A DNA stretch of 64,000 nt from the human T2T-CHM13v2.0 reference genome, Homo sapiens, in NCBI RefSeq assembly GCF_009914755.1, contig NC_060944.1, one strand, 5' to 3'. Numbering within the stretch: position 1 is the first letter of the stretch; each line of letters begins with the position of its first letter. The notes below the pieces were generated by a model. It ran no database searches and was not told where the DNA came from. It was given only the letters and a program-made list of their open reading frames with translations. Position numbers and translations under genes: made by a program. This document shows, piece by piece, positions 26,901 through 37,600 of this stretch.

Positions 26901-29900
26901 CTTGGAGATTCTACAAAAAGAGTGTTTCAAAACTGCTCTATCAAAAGAAAGGTTCTACTCCGTCAGTTGAGGACACACATCACGAGTAAGTTTCTGACAA
27001 TGCTTCTGTCTAGTTTTTATGGGAAGATATGTCCTTTTTCACCTTAGGCCGGAAAGCGCTCCAAAAGTCCAGTTACAGACACTACAAAAAGAGTGTTTCA
27101 AACCTGCTCTGTGAAAGGGAATGTTCAATTCTGTGACTTGAATGCAAACATCACAAAGAAATTGCTGAGAATGCTGCTGTCTGCTTTTTATACCTTATCC
27201 CGTTTCCAACGAAATCCTCAAATCCAGCCAAATATCCACTTGCAGACTCCACAAAAAGAGTGTTTCAAAACTGTACTGTCAAAAGAAATGTTCAACTCTG
27301 TTAGCTGAGGACACACATCAGAGACTAGCTTCTGAGAATGCTTCTGTCCAGTTTTTACGGGAAGATATTTCCTTTTTCAACATAGGCCTGAAACCGCTTC
27401 AAATGTCCGCTTCCAGATACTGCAAAGAGAGTGTTTCAAACCTTCTCTACGAAAGGGCATGTTCTCCTCTGTGACGTCAATGCAAACATCCCAAAGAAGT
27501 TTCTGAAAATGCTTCTGTCTGGATTTTATCTGAAGACAATCCCGTTTCCAACGAAATCCTCAAAGATATGCAAATATGCTCCTGCAGATTCTACAAAAAG
27601 AGTGTTTCAAAACTGCTCTATGAATAGAAAGGTTCGACTCTGTTAGTAGAGGGCACACATCACAAACAAGTTGCCGAGAATGCTTCTGTCTGGTTTTTAT
27701 GGGAAGATATTTCCTTTTCCAACACAAGCCTGAATGCGCTCCAAATGGACACTTCCAGATACGACAAAAGGAGTGTTTCAAACCTGTTCTGTGAAAGGGA
27801 ACGTTCCATTCTGTGACTTGGATGCAAACATCACCAAGTAGTTTCTCAGAACGCTGCTGTCTGCTTTTTATATGTATTCCCGTTTCCAACGAAATCGTCA
27901 AAGCCAGCCAAATATCCAGTTGCAGGTTTCACAGAAAGAGTGTTTCAAAACTGCTCTCTCAAAAGACATGTTCAACTCTGTCAGTTGAGGACACACATCA
28001 CAATGAAGTTTCTGAGAATGCTTCTGTCTAGTTTTTATGGGAAGATATTTCCTTTTTCACCATAGGCCTCAAAGTGCTCCAAACGTCCACTTCCAGGGAA
28101 TGGAAAAAAAGTGTTTCCAACCTACTGTATGAAAGCCAATGTTCAACTCTGTGACTTTAATGCAACCATCACAAGGAAGTTTCTGAGAATGCTTCTGTCT
28201 AGATTTTATATGAAGATATTCCCGTTTCCAACGAAATCCTCAAAGCTATCCAAATATCCACTTGGAGATTCTACAAAAAGAGTGTTTCAAAACTGCTCTA
28301 TCAAAAGAAAGGTTCTACTCCGTCAGTTGAGGACACACATCACGAGTAAGTTTCTGACAATGCTTCTGTCTAGTTTTTATGGGAAGATATGTCCTTTTTC
28401 ACCTTAGGCCGGAAAGCGCTCCAAAGTCCAGTTACAGACACTACAAAAAGAGTGTTTCAAACCTGCTCTGTGAAAGGGAATGTTCAATTCTGTGACTTGA
28501 ATGCAAACATCACAAAGAAGTTGCTGAGAATGCTGCTGTCTGCTTTTTATACCTTATCCCGTTTCCAACGAAATCCTCAAATCCAGCCAAATATCCACTT
28601 GCAGACTCCACAAAAAGAGTGTTTCAAAACTGTACTGTCAAAAGAAATGTTCAACTCTGTTAGTTGAGGACACACATCAGAGACTAGCTTCTGAGAATGC
28701 TTCTGTCCAGTTGTTACGGGAAGATATTTCCTTTTTCAAAATAGGCCTGATACCGCTTCAAATGTCCGCTTCCAGATACTGCAAAGAGAGTGTTTCAAAC
28801 CTTCTCTACGAAAGGGCATGTTCTCCTCTGTGACGTCAATGCAAACATCCCAAAGAAGTTTCTGAGAATGCTTCTGTCTGGATTTTATCTGAAGACAATC
28901 CCGTTTCCAAGGAAATCCTCAAAGATATGCAAATATGCTCCTGCAGATTCTACAAAAAGAGTGTTTCAAAACTGCTCTATGAATAGAAAGGTTCGACTCT
29001 GTTAGTAGAGGGCACACATCACAAACAAGTTGCCGAGAATGCTTCTGTCTGGTTTTTATGGGAAGATATTTCCTTTTCCAACACAAGCCTGAATGCGCTC
29101 CAAATGGACACTTCCAGATACGACAAAAGGAGTGTTTCAAACCTGTTCTGTGAAAGGGAACGTTCCATTCTGTGACTTGAATGCAAACATCACCAAGTAG
29201 TTTCTCAGAACGCTGCTGTCTGCTTTTTATATGTATTCCCGTTTCCAACGAAATCGTCAAAGCCAGCCAAATATCCACTTGCAGGTTCCACAAAAAGAGT
29301 GTTTCAAACTGCTCTCTCAAAAGACATGTTCAACTCTGTCAGTTGAGGACACACATCACAAAGATGTTTCTGAGAATGCTTCTGTCTAGTTCTTATGGGA
29401 AGATATTTCCTTTTTCACCATAGGCCTCAAAGCGCTCCACATGTCCACTTCCAGGGAATGGAAAAAGAGTGTTTCCAACCTGCTCTATGAAAGCCAATGT
29501 TCAACTCTGTGACTTGAATGCAACCATCACAAGGAAGTTTCTGAGAATGCTTCTGTCTAGGTTTTATATGAAGATATTCCCGTTTCCAACGAAATCCTCA
29601 AAGCTATCCAAATATCCACTTGGAGATTCTACAAAAAGAGTGTTTCAAAACTGCTCTATCAAAAGAAAGGTTCTACTCCGTCAGTTGAGGACACACATCA
29701 CGAGTAAGTTTCTGACAATGCTTCTGTCTAGTTTTTATGGGAAGATATGTCCTTTTTCACCTTAGGCCGGAAAGCGCTCCAAAAGTCCAGTTACAGACAC
29801 TACAAAAAGAGTGTTTCAAACCTGCTCTGTGAAAGGGAATGTTCAATTCTGTGACTTGAATGCAAACATCACAAAGAAGTTGCTGAGAATGCTGCTGTCT

Positions 29901-31534
29901 GCTTTTTATACCTTATCCCGTTTCCAACGAAATCCTCAAATCCAGCCAAATATCCACTTGCAGACTCCACAAAAAGAGTGTTTCAAAACTGTACTTTCAA
30001 AAGAAATGTTCAACTCTGTTAGTTGAGGACACACATCAGAGACTAGCTTCTGAGAATGCTTCTGTCCAGTTGTTACGGGAAGATATTTCCTTTTTCAAAA
30101 TAGGCCTGAAACCGCTTCAAATGTCCGCTTCCAGATACTGCAAAGAGAGTGTTTCAAACCTTCTCTACGAAAGGGCATGTTCTCCTCTGTGACGTCAATG
30201 CAAACATCCCAAAGAAGTTTCTGAGAATGCTTCTGTCTGGATTTTATCTGAAGACAATCCCGATTCCAACGAAATCCTCAAATATATGCAAATATGCTCC
30301 TGCAGATTCTACAAAAAGAGTGTTTCAAAACTGCTCTATGAATAGAAAGGTTCGACTCTGTTAGTAGAGGGCACACATCACAAACAAGTTGCCGAGAATG
30401 CTTCTGTCTGGTTTTTATGGGAAGATATTTCCTTTTCCAACACAAGCCTGAATGCGCTCCAAATGGACACTTCCAGATACGACAAAAGGAGTGTTTCAAA
30501 CCTCTTCTGTGAAAGGGAACGTTCCATTCTGTGACTTGAATGCAAACATCACCAAGTAGTTTCTCAGAACGCTGCTGTCTGTTTTTTATATGTATTCCCG
30601 TTTCCAACGAAATCGTCAAAGCCAGCCAAATATCCACTTGCATGTTCCACAAAAAGAGTGTTTCAAACTGCTCTCTCAAAAGACATGTTCAACTCTGTCA
30701 GTTGAGGACACACATCACAAAGAAGTTTCTGAGAATGCTTCTGTCTAGTTTTTATGGGAAGATATTTCCTTTTTCACCATAGGCATCAAAGCGCTCCAAA
30801 AGTCCACTTCCAGGGAATGGAAAAAGAGTGTTTCCAACCTGCTCTATGAAAGCCAATGTTCAACTCCGTGACTTGAATGCAACCATCACAAGGAAGTTTC
30901 TGAGAATGCTTCTGTCTAGGTTTTATATGAAGATATTCCCGTTTCCAACGAAATCCTCAAAGCTATCCAAATATCCACTTGGAGATTCTACAGAAAGAGT
31001 GTTTCAAAACTGCTCTATCAAAAGAAAGGTTCTACTCCGTCAGTTGAGGACACACATCACGAGTAAGTTTCTGACAATGCTTCTGTCTAGTTTTTATGGG
31101 AAGATATGTCCTTTTTCACCTTAGGCCGGAAAGCGCTCCAAAAGTCCAGTTACAGACACTACAAAAAGAGTGTTTCAAACCTGCTCTGTGAAAGGGAATG
31201 TTCAATTCTGTGACTTGAAAGCAAACATCACAAAGAAGTTGCTGAGAATGCTGCTGTCTGCTTTTTATACCTTATCCTATTTCCAACGAAATCCTCAAAT
31301 CCAGCCAAATATCCACTTGCAGACTCCACAAAAAGTGTGTTTCAAAACTGTACTGTCAAAAGAAATGTTCAACTCTGTTAGTTGAGGACACACATCAGAG
31401 ACTAGCTTCTGAGAATGCTTCTGTCCAGTTGTTACGGGAAGATATTTCCTTTTTCAACATAGGCCTGAAACCGCTTCAAATGTCCACTTCCAGATACTGC
31501 AAAGAGAGTGTTTCAAACCTTCTCTACGAAAGGG

Positions 31535-31542
31535 TGAAAGGG
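31535..31542. other. 8-bp insertion TGAAAGGG (copy 1)
   Basis: ctacgaaaggg-tgaaaggg-catg versus the normal ctacgaaagggcatg; this HOR interval is 1367 bp (1360+8-1). Confidence 0.95.
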
Positions 31543-34000
31543 CATGTTCTCCTCTGTGACGTCAATAAAAACATCCCAAAGAAGTTTCTGAGAATGCTTC
31601 TGTCTGGATTTTATCTGAAGACAATCCCGTTTCCAATGAAATCCTCAAAGATATGCAAATATGCTCCTGCAGATTCTACAAAAAGAGTGTTTCAAAACTG
31701 CTCTAGGAAAAGAAAGGTTCGACTCTGTTAGTAGAGGGCACACATCACAAACAAGTTGCCGAGAATGCTTCTGTCTGATTTTTATGGGAAGATATTTCCT
31801 TTTCCAACACAAGCCTGAATGCGCTCCAAATGGACACTTCCAGATACGACAAAAGGAGTGTTTCAAACCTGTTCTGTGAAAGGGAACGTTCCATTCTGTG
31901 ACTTGAATGCAAACATCACCAAGTAGGTTCTCAGAACGCTGCTGTGTGCTTTATATATGTATTCCCGTTTCCAACGAAATCGTCAAAGCCAGCCAAATAT
32001 CCACTTGCAGGTTCCACAGAAAGAGTGTTTCAAAACTGCTCTCTCAAAAGACATGTTCAACTCTGTCAGTTGAGGACACACATCACAATGAAGTTTCTGA
32101 GAATGCTTCTGTCTAGTTTTTATGGGAAGATATTTCCTTTTTCACCATAGGCCTCAAAGTGCTCCAAATGTCCACTTCCAGGGAATGGAAAAAGAGTGTT
32201 TCCAACCTACTGTATGAAAGCCAATGTTCAACTCCGTGACTTGAATGCAACCATCACAAGGAAGTTTCTAAGAATGCTTCTGTCTAGGTTTTATATGAAG
32301 ATATTCCCGTTTCCAACGAAATCCTCAAAGCTATCCAAATATCCACTTGGAGATTCTACAAAAAGAGTGTTTCAAAACTGCTCTATCAAAAGAAAGGTTC
32401 TACTCCGTCAGTTGAGGACACACATCACGAGTAAGTTTCTGACAATGCTTCTGTCTAGTTTTTATGGGAAGATATGTCCTTTTTCACCTTAGGCCGGAAA
32501 GCGTTCCAAAGTGCAGTTACAGACACTACAAAAAGACTGTTTCAAACCTGCTCTGTGAAAGGGAATGTTCAATTCTGTGACTTGAATGCAAACATCACAA
32601 AGAAGTTGCTGAGAATGCTGCTGTCTGCTTTTTATACCTTATCCCGTTTCCAACAAATTCCTCAAATCCAGCCAAATATCCACTTGCAGACTCCACAAAA
32701 AGAGTGTTTCAAAACTGTACTGTCAAAAGAAATGTTCAACTCTGTTAGTTGAGGACACACATCAGAGACTAGCTTCTGAGAATGCTTCTGTCCAGTTGTT
32801 ACGGGAAGATATTTCCTTTTTCAAAATAGGCCTGAAACCGCTTCAAATGTCCGCTTCCAGATACTGCAAAGAGAGTGTTTCAAACCTTCTCTACGAAAGG
32901 GCATGTTCTCCTCTGTGACGTCAATGCAAACATCCCAAAGAAGTTTCTGAGAATGCTTCTGTCTGGATTTTATCTGAAGACAATCCCGTTTCCAACGAAA
33001 TCCTCAAAGATATGCAAATATGCTCCTGCAGATTCTACAAAAAGAGTGTTTCAAAACTGCTCTATGAATAGAAACGTTCGACTCTGTTAGTAGAGGGCAC
33101 ACATCACAAACAAGTTGCCGAGCATGCTTCTGCCTGGTTTTTATGGGAAGATATTTCCTTTTCCAACACAAGCCTGAATGCGCTCCAAATGGACACTTCC
33201 AGATACGACAAAAGGAGTGTTTCAAACCTCTTCTGTGAAAGGGAACGTTCCATTCTGTGACTTGAATGCAAACATCACCAAGTAGTTTCTCAGAACGCTG
33301 CTGTCTGTTTTTTATATGTATTCCCGTTTCCAACGAAATCGTCAAAGCCAGCCAAATATCCACTTGCATGTTCCACAAAAAGAGTGTTTCAAACTGCTCT
33401 CTCAAAAGACATGTTCAACTCTGTCAGTTGAGGACACACATCACAAAGAAGTTTCTGAGAATGCTTCTGTCTAGTTTTTATGGGAAGATATTTCCTTTTT
33501 CACCATAGGCCTCAAAGCGTTCCAAAAGTCCACTTCCAGGGAATGGAAAAAGAGTGTTTCCAACCTGCTCTATGAAAGCCAATGTTCAACTCCGTGACTT
33601 GAATGCAACCATCACAAGGAAGTTTCTGAGAATGCTTCTTTCTAGGTTTTATATGAAGATATGAGCGTTTCCAACGAAATCCTCAAAGCTATCCAAATAT
33701 CCACTTGGAGATTCTACAGAAAGAGTGTTTCAAAACTGCTCTATCAAAAGAAAGGTTCTACTCCGTCAGATGAGGACACACATCACGAGTAAGTTTCTGA
33801 CAATGCTTCTGTCTAGTTTTTATGGGAAGATATGTCCTTTTTCACCTTAGGCCGGAAAGCGCTCCAAAAGTCCAGTTACAGACACTACAAAAAGAGTGTT
33901 TCAAACCTGCTCTGTGAAAGGGAATGTTCAATTCTGTGACTTGAAAGCAAACATCACAAAGAAGTTGCTGAGAATGCTGCTGTCTGCTTTTTATACCTTA

Positions 34001-34688
34001 TCCCATTTCCAACGAAATCCTCAAATCCAGCCAAATATCCACTTGCAGACTCCACAAAAAGTGTGTTTCAAAACTGTACTGTCAAAAGAAATGTTCAACT
34101 CTGTTAGTTGAGGACACACATCAGAGACTAGCTTCTGAGAATGCTTCTGTCCAGTTGTTACGGGAAGATATTTCCTTTTTCAACATAGGCCTGAAACCGC
34201 TTCAAATGTCCACTTCCAGATACTGCAAAGAGAGTGTTTCAAACCTTCTCTACGAAAGGGTGAAAGGGCATGTTCTCCTCTGTGACGTCAATAAAAACAT
34301 CCCAAAGAAGTTTCTGAGAATGCTTCTGTCTGGATTTTATCTGAAGACAATCCCGTTTCCAATGAAATCCTCAAAGATATGCAAATATGCTCCTGCAGAT
34401 TCTACAAAAAGAGTGTTTCAAAACTGCTCTATCAAAACAAAGGTTCTACTCCGTCAGTTGAGGACACACATCACGAGTAAGTTTCTGAGAATGCTTCTGT
34501 CTAGTTTTTATGGGAAGATATGTCCTTTTTCACCTTAGGCCGGAAAACGCTCCAAAAGTCCAGTTACAGACACTTCAAAAAGAGTGTTTCAAACCTGCTC
34601 TGTGAAAGGGAATGTTCAATTCTGTGACTTGAATGCAAACATCACAAAGAAGTTGCTGAGAATGCTGCTGTCTGCTTTTTATACCTTA
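34001..34688 (-). repeat. Structural-variant 4-mer HOR (680-bp in-register deletion, hybrid monomer at ~34397-34432)
   Basis: Unit length is 688 = 1360 + 8 - 680. The sequence runs atatgctcctgcagattct...ctgctct directly into atcaaaacaaaggttctactccgtcag, skipping four monomers. Confidence 0.95.
34261..34268. other. 8-bp insertion TGAAAGGG (copy 2)
   Basis: Same insertion 2726 bp downstream of copy 1. Confidence 0.95.
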
Positions 34689-37600
34689 TCCCGTTTCCAA
34701 CGAAATCCTCAAACATAGCCAAATATCCACTTGCAGACTCCACAAAAAGAGTGTTTCAAAGCTGTACTCTCCAAAGAAATGTTCAACTCTGTTAGCTGAG
34801 GACACACATCAGAGACTAGCTTCTGAGAATACTTCTGTCCTGTTGTTACGGGAAGATATTTCCTTTTTCAACATAGGCCTGAAACCGCTTCAAATGTCCA
34901 CTTCCAGATACTGCAAAGAGAGTGTTTCAAACCTTCTCTACGAAAGGGCATGTTCTCCTCTGTGACGTCAATGCAAACATCCCAAAGAAGTTTCTGAGAA
35001 TGCTTCTGTCTGGATTTTATCTGAAGACAATCCCGTTTCCAAGGAAATCCTCAAAGCTATGCAAATATGCTCCTGCAGATTCTACAAAAAGAGTGTTTCA
35101 AAACTGCTCTAGGAAAAGAAAGGTTCGACTCTGTTAGTAGAGGGCACACATCACAAACAAGTTGCCGAGAATGCTTCTGTCTGTTTTTTATGGGAAGATA
35201 TTTCCTTTTCCAACACAAGCCTGAATGCGCTCCAAATGGACACTTCCAGACACGACAAAAGGAGTGTTTCAAACCTGTTCTATGAAAGGGAACGTTCCAT
35301 TCTGTGACTTGAATGCAAACATCACCAAGTAGTTTCTCAGAACGCTGCTGTCTGCTTTTTATATGTATTCCCGTTTGCAACGAAATCGTCAAAGCCAGCC
35401 AAATATCCACTTGCAGGTTCCACAGAAAGAGTGTTTCAAAACTGCTCTCTCAAAAGACATGTTCAACTCTGTCAGTTGAGGACACACATCACAAAGAAGT
35501 TTCTGAGAATGCTTCTGTCTAGTTTTTATGGGAAGATATTTCCTTTTTCACCATAGGCCTCAAAGTGCTCCACATGTCCACTTCCAGGGAATGGAAAAAG
35601 AGTGTTTCCAACCTGCTCTATGAAAGCCAATGTTCAACTCCGTGACTTGAATGCAACCATCACAAGGAAGTTTCTGAGAATGCTTCTGTCTAGATTTTAT
35701 ATGAAGATATTCCCGTTTCCAACGAAATCTTTAAGCTATCCAAATATCCACTTGGAGATTCTACAAAAAGAGTGTTTCAAAACTGCTCTATCAAAACAAA
35801 GGTTCTACTCCGTCAGTTGAGGACACATATCACGAGTAAGCTTCTGACACTGCTTCTGTCTAGTTTTTAAGGGAAGATATGTCCTTTTTCACCTTAGTCC
35901 GGAAAACGCTCCAAAAGTCCAGTTACAGACACTACAAAAAGAGTGTTTCAAACCTGCTCTGTGAAAGGGAATGTTCAATTCTGTGACTTGAATGCAAACA
36001 TCACAAAGAAGTTGCTGAGAATGCTGCTGTCTGATTTTTATACCTTATCCCGTTTCCAACGAAATACTCAAATCTAGCCAAATATCCACTTGCAGACTCC
36101 ACAAAAAGAGTGTTTCAAAACTGTACTGTCAAAAGAAATGTTCAACTCTGTTAGTTGAGGACACACATCAGAGACTAGCTTCTGAGAATGCTTCTGTCCA
36201 TTTGTTACGGGAAGAAATTTCCTTTTTCAACATAGGCCTGAATCCGCTTCAAATGTCCACTTCCAGATAGTGCAAAGAGAGTGTTTCAAACCTTCTCTAC
36301 GAAAGGGCATGTTCTCCTCTGTGACGTCAATGCAAACATCCCAAAGAAGTTTCTGAGAATGCTTCTGTCTGGATTTTATCTGAAGACAATCCCGTTTCCA
36401 ACGAAATCCTCAAAGCTATGCAAATATGCTCCTGCAGATTCTACAAAAAGAGTGTTTCAAAACTGCTCTGTGAAAAGAAAGGTTCGACTCTGTTAGTAGA
36501 GGGCACACATCACAAACAAGTTGCCGAGAATGCTTCTGTCTGGTTTTTATGGGAAGATATTTCCTTTTCCAACACAAGCCTGAATGCGCTCCAAATGGAC
36601 ACTTCCAGATACGACAAAAGGTGTGTTTCAAACCTGTTCTGTGAAAGGGAACGTTCCCTTCTGTGACTTGAATGCAAACATCACCAAGTAATTTCTCAGA
36701 ACGCTGCTGTCTGCTTTTTATATGTATTCCCGTTTCCAAAGAAATCGTCAAAGCCAGCCAAATATCCACTTGCAGGTTCCACAGAAAGAGTGTTTCAAAA
36801 CTACTCTCTCAAAAGACATGTTCAAGTCTGTCAGTTGAGGACACACATCACAAAGAAGTTTCTGAGAATGCTTCTGTCTAGTTTTTATGGGAAGATATTT
36901 CCTTTTTCACCATAGGCCTCAAAGCGCTCCACATGTCCACTTCCAGGGAATGGAAAAAGAGTGTTTCCAACCTGCTGTATGAAAGCGAATGTTCAACTCC
37001 GTGACTTGAATGCAACCATCACAAGGAAGTTTCTGAGAATGCTTCTGTCTAGATTTTATATGAAGATATTCCCGTTTCCAACGAAATCCTCAAAGCTATC
37101 CAAATATCCACTTGGAGATTCTACAAAAAGAATGTTTCAAAACTGCTCTATCAAAAGAAAGGTTCTACTCCGTCAGTTGAGGACACACATCACGAGTAAG
37201 TTTCTGAGAATGCTTCTGTCTAGTTTTTATGGGAAGATATGTCCTTTTTCACCTTAGGCCAGAAAGCGCTCCAAAAGTCCAGTTACAGACACTACAAAAA
37301 GAGTGTTTCAAACCTGCTCTGTGAAAGGGAATGTTCAATTCTGTGACTTGAATGCAAACATCACAAAGAAGTTGCTGAGAATGCTGCTGTCTGCTTTTTA
37401 TACCTTATCCCGTTTCCAACGAAATCCTCAAATCTAGCCAAATATCCACTTGCAGACTCCACAAAAAGAGTGTTTCAAAACTGTACTGTCAAAAGAAATG
37501 TTCAACTCTGTTAGTTGAGGACACACATCAGAGACTAGCTTCTGAGAATGCTTCTGTCCAGTTGTTACGGGAAGATATTTCCTTTTTCAACATAGGCCTG

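Larger units (their letters stand above)
30090..34430 (-). repeat. Duplicated segment at 2726-bp offset (~30090-31700 vs ~32815-34430)
   Basis: Shared rare variants: aaacctcttctg, cttgcatgttcc, ctacagaaag, ttgaaagcaaac, aaaagtgtgttt, the 8-bp insertion, caataaaaac and ccaatgaaat. Confidence 0.85.
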
